Shown in pieces: positions 48,487 through 59,575 of a stretch of 64,000 nt of DNA (the stretch's first letter is position 1; every line of letters begins with the position of its first letter). The stretch is from Phycisphaerales bacterium (lineage in GTDB: Bacteria > Planctomycetota > Phycisphaerae > Phycisphaerales > SM1A02), in the NCBI GenBank assembly GCA_029260575.1, contig JAJDDB010000006.1, positions 19,300-83,299 of the forward strand, read 5' to 3'. The notes below the pieces were generated by a model. It did no database searches. It worked only from the letters and a program-made list of their open reading frames with translations, and was not told the DNA's origin. The translations under genes and the position numbers were made by a program.

Positions 48487-49395
48487 TCAGGGCTGAGGCG
48501 ATTGGTTTTGAGCGATTGTGCGCCGATAGCGCGCAAGCCACGCCAGCGCGATCAACCCGCAGACAGCTATGACGACAATCTCCGCGGCGCGGTTGACGAA
48601 CTCTGCTGTCAGACCGTGCAGAACCTGGTTCGGCGTCAGATACGGCGACAGTGCGCCGATGGTCCACTCGCGGATACCCATGCCGTTGCCGAACATCGGC
48701 ACCAGTGACACCACCATCGACACGCAGGCAAGCGCGGTTGCTGCGGGAATATCAATTGTCAATCCGAGCAGTGTGAACGCTGCGAAATATCGCGCTGCCC
48801 ACGTCGCCAGTTCCAGGAGCCGGATCACCGTCGCAATCAGGAAATGTCGCGCGCCCGGAAGAAACAACGACGCTGCTGCTGTCATAGCTGTGACGAGTGC
48901 AATCGGAACGATGATTCCGATAGACAATATATGACACACGATTAGCAACACGATGATGCCTGCTGAGGTTGCGGTGCTGATGCCGAGCGCCTGGAACTGC
49001 ACTTTCACGGAATCGCGCAGTGCAATTGCGTTTGCTGTCTTGTGATAGGCCAGGCGCGCAAACAATCCCGGCTGCATCGGCAAGAAATTGAGCATGGTTG
49101 CGACGGACAGCACTGCGATCATCTCAGCCATGCGCACGTTGCCGTACTTCGACAGTAACACGCCGAAGAATACGCCTGTCAGAAGTACGTTGATGAAGAT
49201 CCCGCCAAGCAGCAGCGCGATCATCACGGGGTCCGGCGACTGGAGAGCCAGCAGCGCGGTTGCGACATCTTCGTGCCTGAGCCAGAGAACAAACAATGCT
49301 GCTGCAATGAGTATGAGCCCGAGCACGAAGCCGATCGGCGCGCCGATGTCCTGCAAGCGGCGCAGCTGTGTTCGGTGCATCAAAGATCCGGACAT
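48487..49395 (-). CDS. polytopic membrane protein, possibly UPF0104 / lysyl-PG-synthase-TM-like (flippase-like)
   Basis: About 8 hydrophobic helices. Start at Met 49395 fits the upstream stop at 49415. The family call is pattern-based only. Confidence 0.45.
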   Translation of the reverse strand: MSGSLMHRTQLRRLQDIGAPIGFVLGLILIAAALFVLWLRHEDVATALLALQSPDPVMIALLLGGIFINVLLTGVFFGVLLSKYGNVRMAEMIAVLSVATMLNFLPMQPGLFARLAYHKTANAIALRDSVKVQFQALGISTATSAGIIVLLIVCHILSIGIIVPIALVTAMTAAASLFLPGARHFLIATVIRLLELATWAARYFAAFTLLGLTIDIPAATALACVSMVVSLVPMFGNGMGIREWTIGALSPYLTPNQVLHGLTAEFVNRAAEIVVIAVCGLIALAWLARYRRTIAQNQSPQP

Positions 49396-49414
49396 GTGGT
49401 GTCCACCGGCCTGA

Positions 49415-51862
49415 TTACTGACCCGCAGGAGTTGCTTGCTGCCTTTGAGCAGCCTCGCGGCGCTTGGCCAGCAATTGCATCTGTTCAGCGATCTTGCGAA
49501 CCAGCGGGTCGTCACTGCGCAACCCCGCAAGCAGCATCGGATCATTGCCGAGCTGTAACGTGCTCAGGAGGTACGCGATCTGTACGACTTGATGCTCACT
49601 GGACTGTGCGGATCGCAACAAATCTGTTGCCACGGGGCCGGGCGACATTTCTGAAAGCACCAGAGCCTGTCGCAGTGGGTCAAGTGTGTCGAACGCAGAA
49701 GCAAGCGCAGCTGGAAGTTTCTCAGAGATCGGCTGCAGCGCTTCCTTTGACACATCGGGCAGGAAGTGATTCGGCAGATGCGTCAGCATGATCAAGGTAT
49801 CAACATCACCGGGGCGATCGACGATCTCAATATCGCGCATCGCCTGTTCGATCCAGGGCAATGTCACTCGCACGCCGTTGACCCGGAAGTTTAGTGTTTC
49901 AGTCTCGCCGCCGAGAAGCCCCGGTTGCAGCGAGTTGCCGGTCACGATGCGAAAATTCCACACGGCCTTGACGCGAACAAACGAACCCAGCAGAACAAAG
50001 CTTTCCATTACCGAGCCGACATCGTAGTGTCGGAGATCGATCGGAATGATGATGCGCTGTTTCGGCTCCAGGCGCAGTTGCTGATCAATGTCGATGATGA
50101 TCGGGTCCATCGGCGGAAGCTTGGATTGCTGAGCTATGCGCAGCGTCGGCAGCAGCGCAATTTGTGGCTGAATTGGACCTTCCGGATCAATGCCCAGTGG
50201 AATTCGTGAATTGTTGGATAATTCGATATTCAAAATGATCGGGTCGCCCGGTCCGACCGTCGTTCGATCTGCGTGAACGCGAACGGAAAACAATTCGCCG
50301 GGATTGACCGGGAATCGATCAATATATGTCGGTACTGAGTCGACCAACGACTGAATCTTGCGTGCCGTTTCGCTGATCGCCACACGCTTTTCAATTGTCG
50401 CAAAAAGCACATTCGCAGACCACACTCCCATGATTGTGCCCGGCTGTTCGCGTGCAACTCGAAGAAGAAGTCGTGCAGCGCCACCCATCTGATTCTGTTG
50501 TTGCAATACAAGCGCCCTGCCGATCAACGCTGCGTGGTCGTCAGGGTCTGTTCGTGCGAAGTGATCGGCCGCAAGGGCAAAGTCGCCGCGGCGCAGTGCA
50601 AGCCAACCGTCAAATTTGGCTCGCGCTGATTCGCTCATCGGGGCGAGCGATTCCGCCTGGTGCATCAGATCCTCTGCGCGCTCGGCATCCCGTCCAAGCC
50701 AGGCTGCCAACCACGCCATTTCGAGATAGCCGGCTGCAAATTCATCGGCTGCCGGCGGCTTCTCTGCGTTCCGTGCAGCTTCGAGAACCTTGTCATACGA
50801 CTGCAACGCAAGGCGCAGCGCCTCCAATGCATGCGGATCACGTTCTCGCTCCAGTACAGCTGCACGCACGGTCGACAGCGTCGGCGACAACAAGCCGCTC
50901 ACTTCTGTAACGTCAAGCGGGGTTTTGTTGCTTTCTTCCTGCAACGCCCGGGCTTGGGCAACCGCATTGAACGCCTGCTGGCGCTGCTCAATCAATTGCA
51001 TCGCCTTGTCCACCTGGCCGGCCCCCCACAGGGCGATCACGTGGTCAGCGACAATGTCCGTCGAAGGAACGTCGCCCTGCGCGATATAGCAGTTTGACAT
51101 CAGCAGGAACATTCTCGCAGCGGCGTCATATGCGCCCGATCCCAATGCCAATTGCGCAATCGCAGCCTGGACATCAATTGTTGTCGGATCAGCCATGAAC
51201 AGATTGATGAGCAATTCGGTTTCGCCGTACGGATCGTTGACGTTGCTGCGAAAGAATCCAGCAGCCAATGACGCTGCTGCGCGGTTGGAAGTATCCAGCG
51301 AAACAGCCAGAGCGAGTTTCTCACCGAATGCAGTGACCCGACCTTCGCGCCGGAGCAGCAGCGCATAATCCAGCGCCAACCGTGACGCAACCGCTTTGCC
51401 GAGTTCGTCGATGCGCTGTGGCGCAAGTAACCGGTCGTAGACCGCAACACGCTGTTCGACTGTTTGCGCGCTCTCAACGACCTCCAACAGCCGGCGAAGT
51501 CGAACGACGTCATCCTCAGGGTCCAGCTCCACAATTGCGCGAATTGCCTTGCGTTGCAATTCAATATCCTCAGCAAGATCCGCAACATTCAAGGTTAGCC
51601 GCCAGAGCTCGACGTCTTCGGGGGCCAATTCTGAAGCAGCCCCGAAAATGCCTGCTGCGGTTTCCAACGTTTGTGGAGTAATTGGCTTAATACTGAGAAT
51701 CGTCAGTGCCGAGGCGGCCAGCCGTTGGGCCAGGCGGGTGGCTGTGGCATCCACTGCGCCCTGCTGGGACCAGCCTTGGCCACTCAGAACGGCGATAATG
51801 ATGCACAAACAGGTCAGCTGACGTCGAAATTGGTTCATATGTAAATTACCGCTGCGGTCCAT
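49415..51862 (-). CDS. large secreted protein: TPR-like helical N-terminal two-thirds plus beta-rich and HEAT-like C-terminus
   Basis: 815 aa. Signal peptide (LTCLCIIIAVLSGQGWSQQ), with the start possibly at Met 51838. Helical repeats rich in A/L/R. No catalytic motif seen. Confidence 0.6.
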   Translation of the reverse strand: MDRSGNLHMNQFRRQLTCLCIIIAVLSGQGWSQQGAVDATATRLAQRLAASALTILSIKPITPQTLETAAGIFGAASELAPEDVELWRLTLNVADLAEDIELQRKAIRAIVELDPEDDVVRLRRLLEVVESAQTVEQRVAVYDRLLAPQRIDELGKAVASRLALDYALLLRREGRVTAFGEKLALAVSLDTSNRAAASLAAGFFRSNVNDPYGETELLINLFMADPTTIDVQAAIAQLALGSGAYDAAARMFLLMSNCYIAQGDVPSTDIVADHVIALWGAGQVDKAMQLIEQRQQAFNAVAQARALQEESNKTPLDVTEVSGLLSPTLSTVRAAVLERERDPHALEALRLALQSYDKVLEAARNAEKPPAADEFAAGYLEMAWLAAWLGRDAERAEDLMHQAESLAPMSESARAKFDGWLALRRGDFALAADHFARTDPDDHAALIGRALVLQQQNQMGGAARLLLRVAREQPGTIMGVWSANVLFATIEKRVAISETARKIQSLVDSVPTYIDRFPVNPGELFSVRVHADRTTVGPGDPIILNIELSNNSRIPLGIDPEGPIQPQIALLPTLRIAQQSKLPPMDPIIIDIDQQLRLEPKQRIIIPIDLRHYDVGSVMESFVLLGSFVRVKAVWNFRIVTGNSLQPGLLGGETETLNFRVNGVRVTLPWIEQAMRDIEIVDRPGDVDTLIMLTHLPNHFLPDVSKEALQPISEKLPAALASAFDTLDPLRQALVLSEMSPGPVATDLLRSAQSSEHQVVQIAYLLSTLQLGNDPMLLAGLRSDDPLVRKIAEQMQLLAKRREAAQRQQATPAGQ

Positions 51863-52115
51863 TGAATTCTGGATGATCCATCCATGAGAACGATCCGTAT
51901 ACTACTTGCACTGCCGAGCGTTCGTTCGCAGGCAGAACTGCATTGCATGACACTGCCCATGGACGAACCGCAGCAGAGGCCGCTGCCAATGTCCCGAATC
52001 GGTCGGGAACGGCTGCACGCAACAATCGTTGACAGTCATTTCGGCCAGTGATACGGTCGTGAATTCTCGCCTGCCACAAGCCCACCCGGCGAGCGAAGAT
52101 GGAGATCAAACCTGT

Positions 52116-53174
52116 ATGTACAGGCGAAAACGGAACATCCGTGCATTTGCTGTCTTCTGTGTTTTGGCGCTGGCGTCCATTGCCGTGGCTGCGCCGCCGG
52201 GCAGTCTGGGCACAATTCCTCAGACGTTGAAGCCGCTGACTGACAGCGAGAAACGGCAAGTGACAGAATATGTCCAATACTGGGCTGATCAGCTTGGAGA
52301 GCCTCGAACCAGCGCCGGCGATGCTGCCAAGGCAGCGCAGAAGCTCATTGACCCACCCAATGCGGGCAATGTCAGCTCGATATTTCTGTCGGCCTATGCT
52401 CGCGAGGCGACGCCGCTGCTGGAAAACATCCTCAATGGTGACAGCAACTTTACCGCGGTGCAGGCTGCCAAAGTCATGGGCTTTCTTGGCACTCCCGATG
52501 CTCTTGAGAAACTCCTGCCGTGGTGCGACGCCTCGAGAGAAGACAGAACCGCAGTTCGCCTCTTGGCATCTCGCGGCTGCCAGGTGCTGATCAACCGAAC
52601 TGTCAAAGATCAGGTGATAAACGAACGTCAGCTCAGCAGCGCGCTTCGGCAACTCAAACAAGCTGCTGTCGACGAATCAAACTGGCTGGTCCTGCACCGC
52701 CAGTTTGAAGCACTCGCAGCGGCAAAGAATGAAACAGCACGGCTACGCCAGCTTGAGGTTTTCGAAGCTGTCGTTCGAAATCTCGAACGTCGCCCGGACG
52801 AGACAAGCCCGCTCATGCAATCGCTCACTCGCGCCATGTCGAGCCTGCGCGATCAGTATCTCAATGACTTCAACGTCTACCAGCAACAGTTGGATTTTGG
52901 TGCAAATCTCGCGCCGCTGCTGGGACGTGTCTTTGAACTGGCAAATGTACACTGGGAAGCCGCCCAGCCGGATCCCAGCGCCAAGGAATCCTACGAGCAG
53001 GCAATTAATATCAGTGAAAGCCTGCTGTCGGTCATCGATCACAGTGTTCGAGCAGGTTCGCAATCGCCGAGCACAAATCTTCCCATTGCATGGAACACAG
53101 GCGATCGACCGCGCTTCCAGACCGACATCAAGACCTGGATGAATGTCCTCCAGGCACCGCCTTACAGCCGGTAA
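52116..53174 (+). CDS. secreted helical (HEAT/ARM-like) hypothetical protein
   Basis: ATG at 52116 follows ggag (52101-52104). Signal peptide MYRRKRNIRAFAVFCVLALASIAVAAPP. Confidence 0.55.
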   Translation: MYRRKRNIRAFAVFCVLALASIAVAAPPGSLGTIPQTLKPLTDSEKRQVTEYVQYWADQLGEPRTSAGDAAKAAQKLIDPPNAGNVSSIFLSAYAREATPLLENILNGDSNFTAVQAAKVMGFLGTPDALEKLLPWCDASREDRTAVRLLASRGCQVLINRTVKDQVINERQLSSALRQLKQAAVDESNWLVLHRQFEALAAAKNETARLRQLEVFEAVVRNLERRPDETSPLMQSLTRAMSSLRDQYLNDFNVYQQQLDFGANLAPLLGRVFELANVHWEAAQPDPSAKESYEQAINISESLLSVIDHSVRAGSQSPSTNLPIAWNTGDRPRFQTDIKTWMNVLQAPPYSR

Positions 53175-53285
53175 ACACGTCTGCAATCCACCCCCAACCT
53201 ACATTTCCGCGTGAATGCTCACGTACGGTTTTCGTGTGCCGACAGTTGGCCGCGCGTTCGCGCTGCTGTCGATACGATTGACAGA

Positions 53286-55280
53286 ATGGCTAGGGTTCTT
53301 ACCGCAATCCTGTTGTTGGGGGCGCTGCTGTGCGGATCGCTGTATCTCGATGACCCATCTGTCGATGCTGACATTGTCATCATTAATTCCAATGATGCCT
53401 TCACGCTCGACCCGCAGCGGATGAGTTACCTGCACGATTTTCGCCTTGGGTATGCGTTGTATCAGGGGCTCGTTGTGTGGGATACGGATGACTATTCCGT
53501 GCAACCGGGCGTTGCCGAGACGTGGTACGTCAGCGACGACGGCAAAACGTATCGATTCGAGCTGAGCAAATCTGCGCGATGGTCCAACGGCGAACTGGTT
53601 ACATCGCACGACTTCGTTTTCTCATTCCGGAGATTGCTGCTCCCGGACAGCGTGGCAGATTATTCGAACCTGATGTTCGCAATCGAAGGCTCCGAAGCGT
53701 TCTACAACTGGCGGGCAGCGCAGACTGCTGCCTTTGCCGATGCTGAACACCCATCTGGTAACGATGCGCAACAATTGTGGCGCGAGACGCTACTGCGATT
53801 CCGCGATACGGTCGGTGTCACCGCTATCGACGACAACATACTTGAAATTCGACTCGAACGGCCGACGTCTTACTTTCTCGATCTGTTGTGCTTTGCGGTG
53901 TGTTGCCCGGTCCATCGCCCAACAGTTGAAGGGTGGCCGACCGATGAAACTGCGAAGCGGCGCGCGAGCGGCGGCTGGCATCAGGTTGATCCCCCGCTGT
54001 TTGATACGTGCCAGTGGGTCGCGCTCAACCCGGACACCGGCAAACTCGAGCAGCGCCACGACTGGGCACGCCCCGGCCGACTCGTCGGCAACGGACCCTA
54101 CATTCTGAGCCGGTGGCGCTACAAGCGCGACATGCTGCTGGAGGTGAATCCGCATTTCCACCAGCCGGACATTCTCTGCAACGATTCCGTGCTCATTCTC
54201 ACAATCGAAGATGCCAACACGCGGATTCTTGCATATGAGTCCGGCATTGGCGATTGGGTCACTGACGTCGGCGTGGAATATCAATCCGACATGCTCGCTG
54301 AGCGTGCGTGCTATCTTGAACACCACGCAGAAAAACTCGAAACACTTCTCGATGCGGGTTTGAGCAAAATTGAAGCGCTTGCGCAACTCCCGCTGCCCGA
54401 AGACGGCGAGCGGCGCAACATTCAACCGATTCCCGCGTTCGCAGTGGATTTCTACAGCTTCAATTGCCGTGACACCCTTGCTGATGGACGATCGAATCCG
54501 TTTGCTGATGCGCGCGTCCGCAGAGCATTTGTTCAGGCAATTGATCGCGAAGCAATTGTTCGCGATGTCACGCGCCTTAACGAGCCGGTGATGACGACGC
54601 TGATTCCGCCGGGTTCGATTGCCGGTTACGACAGTCCCGGCGGGTTGATGCACGATGCCGATGCTGCGCGCGCAGAACTCGAAAACGCCGGCTGGGCAGA
54701 CCGCAACAACGACGGCCTCATCGAAAACGAGATGGGACGCACCTTCCCGACCGTTGAAATCCTCTGGACACCCAGCTTGCCGCGCTACAAATGGATCTCA
54801 CTGGACCTGAAAAACCAATGGGAGCGCGCGCTCGGGGTGGAAGTCAAACTTCGCCCAGTCGACACAAAGTTCTACCGCGAAGACCTCCGCAGGGGCAACT
54901 TCATGATCGCACGCGGACGCTGGTACGGCGACTACGGCGACCCCACGACATTCCTCGATCTCAATCGATGTTTCGACGGCAACAACGACCGAGGATTCTG
55001 CAATGACCAGGTCGAGAGCCTGCTTGACGCTGCTGCAACAGAAACCGACAACGCACAGCGCATGCAATTGCTTGCGGAGTGCGAACGCCTTGTGATGAAC
55101 GAACACGTCCCGATGCTCGTGCTTTGCCAACTCGTCACGCTGTATATGTACGACCCCGCGGAGCTTGTAGGCATCAGCCATCACGCCCGGCTGACGCAGC
55201 AACTGTGGCGATTTGAGAAACGAGATACTGTAGTTGACGCTGCACCTGCGCAGCACACCGCAAAGGCATCAATACCATGA
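53286..55280 (+). CDS. ABC transporter substrate-binding protein, family 5 (peptide/nickel, OppA/DppA-like)
   Basis: Reads GLVVWDTDDYSVQPGVAETWYVSDDGKTYRFELSKSARWSNGELVTSHDFVFSFRR, which is SBP_bac_5-type. Signal anchor MARVLTAILLLGALLCGS. Confidence 0.85.
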   Translation: MARVLTAILLLGALLCGSLYLDDPSVDADIVIINSNDAFTLDPQRMSYLHDFRLGYALYQGLVVWDTDDYSVQPGVAETWYVSDDGKTYRFELSKSARWSNGELVTSHDFVFSFRRLLLPDSVADYSNLMFAIEGSEAFYNWRAAQTAAFADAEHPSGNDAQQLWRETLLRFRDTVGVTAIDDNILEIRLERPTSYFLDLLCFAVCCPVHRPTVEGWPTDETAKRRASGGWHQVDPPLFDTCQWVALNPDTGKLEQRHDWARPGRLVGNGPYILSRWRYKRDMLLEVNPHFHQPDILCNDSVLILTIEDANTRILAYESGIGDWVTDVGVEYQSDMLAERACYLEHHAEKLETLLDAGLSKIEALAQLPLPEDGERRNIQPIPAFAVDFYSFNCRDTLADGRSNPFADARVRRAFVQAIDREAIVRDVTRLNEPVMTTLIPPGSIAGYDSPGGLMHDADAARAELENAGWADRNNDGLIENEMGRTFPTVEILWTPSLPRYKWISLDLKNQWERALGVEVKLRPVDTKFYREDLRRGNFMIARGRWYGDYGDPTTFLDLNRCFDGNNDRGFCNDQVESLLDAAATETDNAQRMQLLAECERLVMNEHVPMLVLCQLVTLYMYDPAELVGISHHARLTQQLWRFEKRDTVVDAAPAQHTAKASIP

Positions 55281-56227
55281 TGCGCCTCATTGCATGGCGC
55301 CTGGTGCAATTGCCCTTGATTCTGCTGGCGATATACACCGTCACCTTTACACTTGCCTGGCTGATTCCCGGCAACCCGCTGGAGCAAGGTGAAGGCAGAC
55401 GGCCGCCTGCGGAAATCGAAGCGGCGATGCTCGAGCAGTACAAACTCGACAACCCGTTCACGTTTTATTGGGATTACCTCGGGAAGGCGACCGGTGTGAG
55501 CTATGTCCTTGGACAGCACGATCGGCCGTTTGATCTCGGCCCCAGCCTGCGTCATGAGAATTGGTCGGTGAATGAAATCCTCGCTGCAGGTTTGCCGGTT
55601 TCGTTTACGCTTGGGCTGTCGGCAATACTCATCGCGTGCATCGTCGGCGTTGCAGCAGGTGTTATTGGTGGCGCTCGGCCGGGCACGGCGTATGATCTCG
55701 TTACGTTGTTGATCGCGCTCGTCGGCATCAGCCTGCCAACGTTTGTCATCGGCACGGTGCTGCTTGTTGTCTTTGCTGTCTGGCTTGAGGTGCTGCCCGT
55801 TGTCGGCTGGGGTTCCGTGAAGCATCTCGTGCTGCCGGCACTTACGCTGGCAGCTCCGTTTGCTGCATATATCGCACGGCTGACGCGCTACGGCATGATC
55901 GAACAGCGCAGTGTCGATTATGTCCGCACCGCACGAGCCAAAGGCGTCGGTAACTGGACGATTACCCTCAGACATGCGCTGAAGAATGCGCTCCTTCCGG
56001 TCGTCAGTTATCTCGGCCCGGCAACCGCCATGGCGATGACTGGATCATTTGTTGTCGAAAAGGTCTTTGCAGTGCCCGGTATCGGCACGCATTTCGTCAA
56101 CGCAGTACTCAGCAAAGACCTCACGCTCATCATGGGTGTTGTGCTGACGTACAGCACAATTCTCGTGCTGCTCAATCTCGTAGTGGATGTGCTCTACCGC
56201 TGGATCGACCCGCGTATTGAGCAATGA
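55277..56227 (+). CDS. ABC transporter permease (OppB/DppB-like)
   Basis: Reads RLVQLPLILLAIYTVTFTLAWLIPGNP and the EAA-loop region YVRTARAKGVGNWTITLRHALKNALLPVV. Start overlaps the SBP gene stop. Confidence 0.9.
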   Translation: MMRLIAWRLVQLPLILLAIYTVTFTLAWLIPGNPLEQGEGRRPPAEIEAAMLEQYKLDNPFTFYWDYLGKATGVSYVLGQHDRPFDLGPSLRHENWSVNEILAAGLPVSFTLGLSAILIACIVGVAAGVIGGARPGTAYDLVTLLIALVGISLPTFVIGTVLLVVFAVWLEVLPVVGWGSVKHLVLPALTLAAPFAAYIARLTRYGMIEQRSVDYVRTARAKGVGNWTITLRHALKNALLPVVSYLGPATAMAMTGSFVVEKVFAVPGIGTHFVNAVLSKDLTLIMGVVLTYSTILVLLNLVVDVLYRWIDPRIEQ

Positions 56228-56303
56228 TTCACCAATTTCACCAACAAAAAATCCCGCTGCTACAGTTGCTGGGATCGCACTTCATGACGTAGAGATCGCT
56301 GCC

Positions 56304-56945
56304 TTACAACCCGTGCTTTTCAAGATGTGGCGCAATCACCCTGGCGATCTCCGCGTCGAGCTCCGGCAGAACCCCAACGTGTTTGAACAGGATCGAACCG
56401 TCCACACCCACGACGTAGATTGCCGGGATGCCGCGCACAGCGTATTGCCTCATGATGCTTTCACTGTTCAACAACATGCCATAGGTGTATTCGTTCTGCT
56501 GCATGAACTTTACAGGGTTGCCGCCACGCTCCGAGCCGTTCATGCCGATCACCTTGACGCCGCGTGATTCATAGTCTTCGTGCAATTGCTGCAGGTCGGG
56601 CATGACTGCTTTGCACGGGCCGCACCATGTCGCCCAGAAGTCCATGACGACAACCTGGCCGAGGTAATCTTGAAGCTGGTGTGTCTGGCCGTGCGCATCC
56701 TTAAGTGTCCAGTCCGGAGCACGATCACCGATATCCAGCCCAACCGGCGCAGCGGTCTGCTGCACATCAGCGCGCGGGCCGGATGTCCGCAGCACCGCCG
56801 CCGTCGGCTTGGCTGCGCTGTCATCGGCCGGCTGCGACGCGCCCGGCTCCATAATTACCGCCGCAGTGATCGCACCTGCTATCACAATCACCAAAACCGC
56901 GAACATAATTTTGCTACCCATCGTCAAACCACTTTCCCGTGTCAT
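56304..56945 (-). CDS. TlpA-family thiol:disulfide oxidoreductase (thioredoxin fold), membrane-anchored
   Basis: Reads VVMDFWATWCGPCKAVMPDL (the CxxC motif). N-terminal TM helix IMFAVLVIVIAGAITAAVI. Confidence 0.85.
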   Translation of the reverse strand: MTRESGLTMGSKIMFAVLVIVIAGAITAAVIMEPGASQPADDSAAKPTAAVLRTSGPRADVQQTAAPVGLDIGDRAPDWTLKDAHGQTHQLQDYLGQVVVMDFWATWCGPCKAVMPDLQQLHEDYESRGVKVIGMNGSERGGNPVKFMQQNEYTYGMLLNSESIMRQYAVRGIPAIYVVGVDGSILFKHVGVLPELDAEIARVIAPHLEKHGL

Positions 56946-57117
56946 GCCTATGTGCCCGCGCGTGTGCCGGCAAGTTCTGTCATTACTTCAATGATTGATC
57001 ACAATATGGTTCAAAGCTAGCGGGATTCCATGAACCGGCATCAATAATGGCGATCATCTGCCGCATTCGCATGCCCTCAGGCACATATTCGGGTCCCGTT
57101 ATGAAGACAATCGCCGA

Positions 57118-58551
<1,434 letters not shown>

Positions 58552-58559
58552 CTACACCC

Positions 58560-59045
58560 ATGCATAATGATCTGCGGTCATCTCACGAAATCTCGTTGCG
58601 AGAGCACCTCGCAGATCGTGATGTTCCGTGCCCCGCCTGCAGCTACAACCTGCGCGATGCTGCATCAGCGACCTGTCCGGAATGCGGCTTTGAACTGCGA
58701 ATCCGCAGCGGCCGACTCATCTGCCCGAACACTGGCGGTTCGTTCGTTGAAGCCATCGCAACACTCATGGGTGTGTTCCTCGTCCTCGCCGGCATCGCCA
58801 TTACGCTTGCGCTATTTCTGCATTGGTCCGACCCGCCGCCGTTCCCTGTCATTTTCGTGGCGCTGATCATCGCCACCGCACCTGCTGTCTTTGCAACACG
58901 CTGGATCAGGAATGCTCAGTGGCTGCGCCGGCTCATGGCGGATCGATCATCACTGCTGTCCATGTTTCTTCGCATGTTCATCATTCTCTTGTTTGTAATT
59001 GTAATTTCCATCGGCCTGGTCGGAGTGATCAGAAACGCACTCTAA
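58560..59045 (+). CDS. zinc-ribbon / 3-TM membrane protein, tandem copy 1
   Basis: MHNDLRSSHEISLREHLADRDVPCPACSYNLRDAASATCPECGFELRI, then three hydrophobic helices. Confidence 0.65.
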   Translation: MHNDLRSSHEISLREHLADRDVPCPACSYNLRDAASATCPECGFELRIRSGRLICPNTGGSFVEAIATLMGVFLVLAGIAITLALFLHWSDPPPFPVIFVALIIATAPAVFATRWIRNAQWLRRLMADRSSLLSMFLRMFIILLFVIVISIGLVGVIRNAL

Positions 59046-59073
59046 CGCTGTCCGCAGAAGGAATACGCGAGCA

Positions 59074-59565
59074 ATGGCCGGCTGCGAACCCAATCTGGAT
59101 GACTACCTGGCAACGGGCGATGTGCCGTGCCCGATGTGCGGTTATAACCTGCGCAATTGCAAAGCTTCGCAATGTCCGGAATGCGGGCATCATCTGCGTC
59201 TCATCAGCGGCGAACTTGATGGTGCTGAAACACTGCGGAATCTACCACTTCTATTTGGTCTGACAGCCGGCGGCATTCCGGTACTTTTGGTATCTGCCGT
59301 ACTGGTTGCGCTGTTCATGACTGCACTTGATAGCTATGACCTGGCTGCTTGTGCGGTTGTGGTTGTGAGCTTGCCTTTTACGGTCGTAGCCGCAATCCGT
59401 GTAACACGACACATAGCGCGATCGCCTGTGGTACGAACAGCCTTCACGGACAAATCTTCATCGGGAGGTCGCCTGATGAGGAGTTATGCGTGGATTGTGT
59501 TCTACGCATCGATAATCAGTGTTCCGTTTCTTGTGCCAATACTATTGTCTTTCGTCCAGCCATAG
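59074..59565 (+). CDS. zinc-ribbon / 3-TM membrane protein, tandem copy 2
   Basis: MAGCEPNLDDYLATGDVPCPMCGYNLRNCKASQCPECGHHLRL, then three hydrophobic helices. A gaagg SD lies upstream. Confidence 0.65.
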   Translation: MAGCEPNLDDYLATGDVPCPMCGYNLRNCKASQCPECGHHLRLISGELDGAETLRNLPLLFGLTAGGIPVLLVSAVLVALFMTALDSYDLAACAVVVVSLPFTVVAAIRVTRHIARSPVVRTAFTDKSSSGGRLMRSYAWIVFYASIISVPFLVPILLSFVQP

Positions 59566-59575
59566 GCTCTCACCC

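Noticed and set aside
51846-52661. 271 aa minus-strand ORF covering the divergent intergenic region
   Set aside because: It overlaps the start and SD of the plus-strand secreted protein (52116) and the 5' end of the 815 aa gene. No signal peptide or motif. A shadow ORF.
56246-56275. A-run plus atccc...gggat inverted repeat after the tlpA-like gene, considered as a terminator
   Set aside because: Only 5 bp pair cleanly around a 15 nt loop, which is too weak to call.
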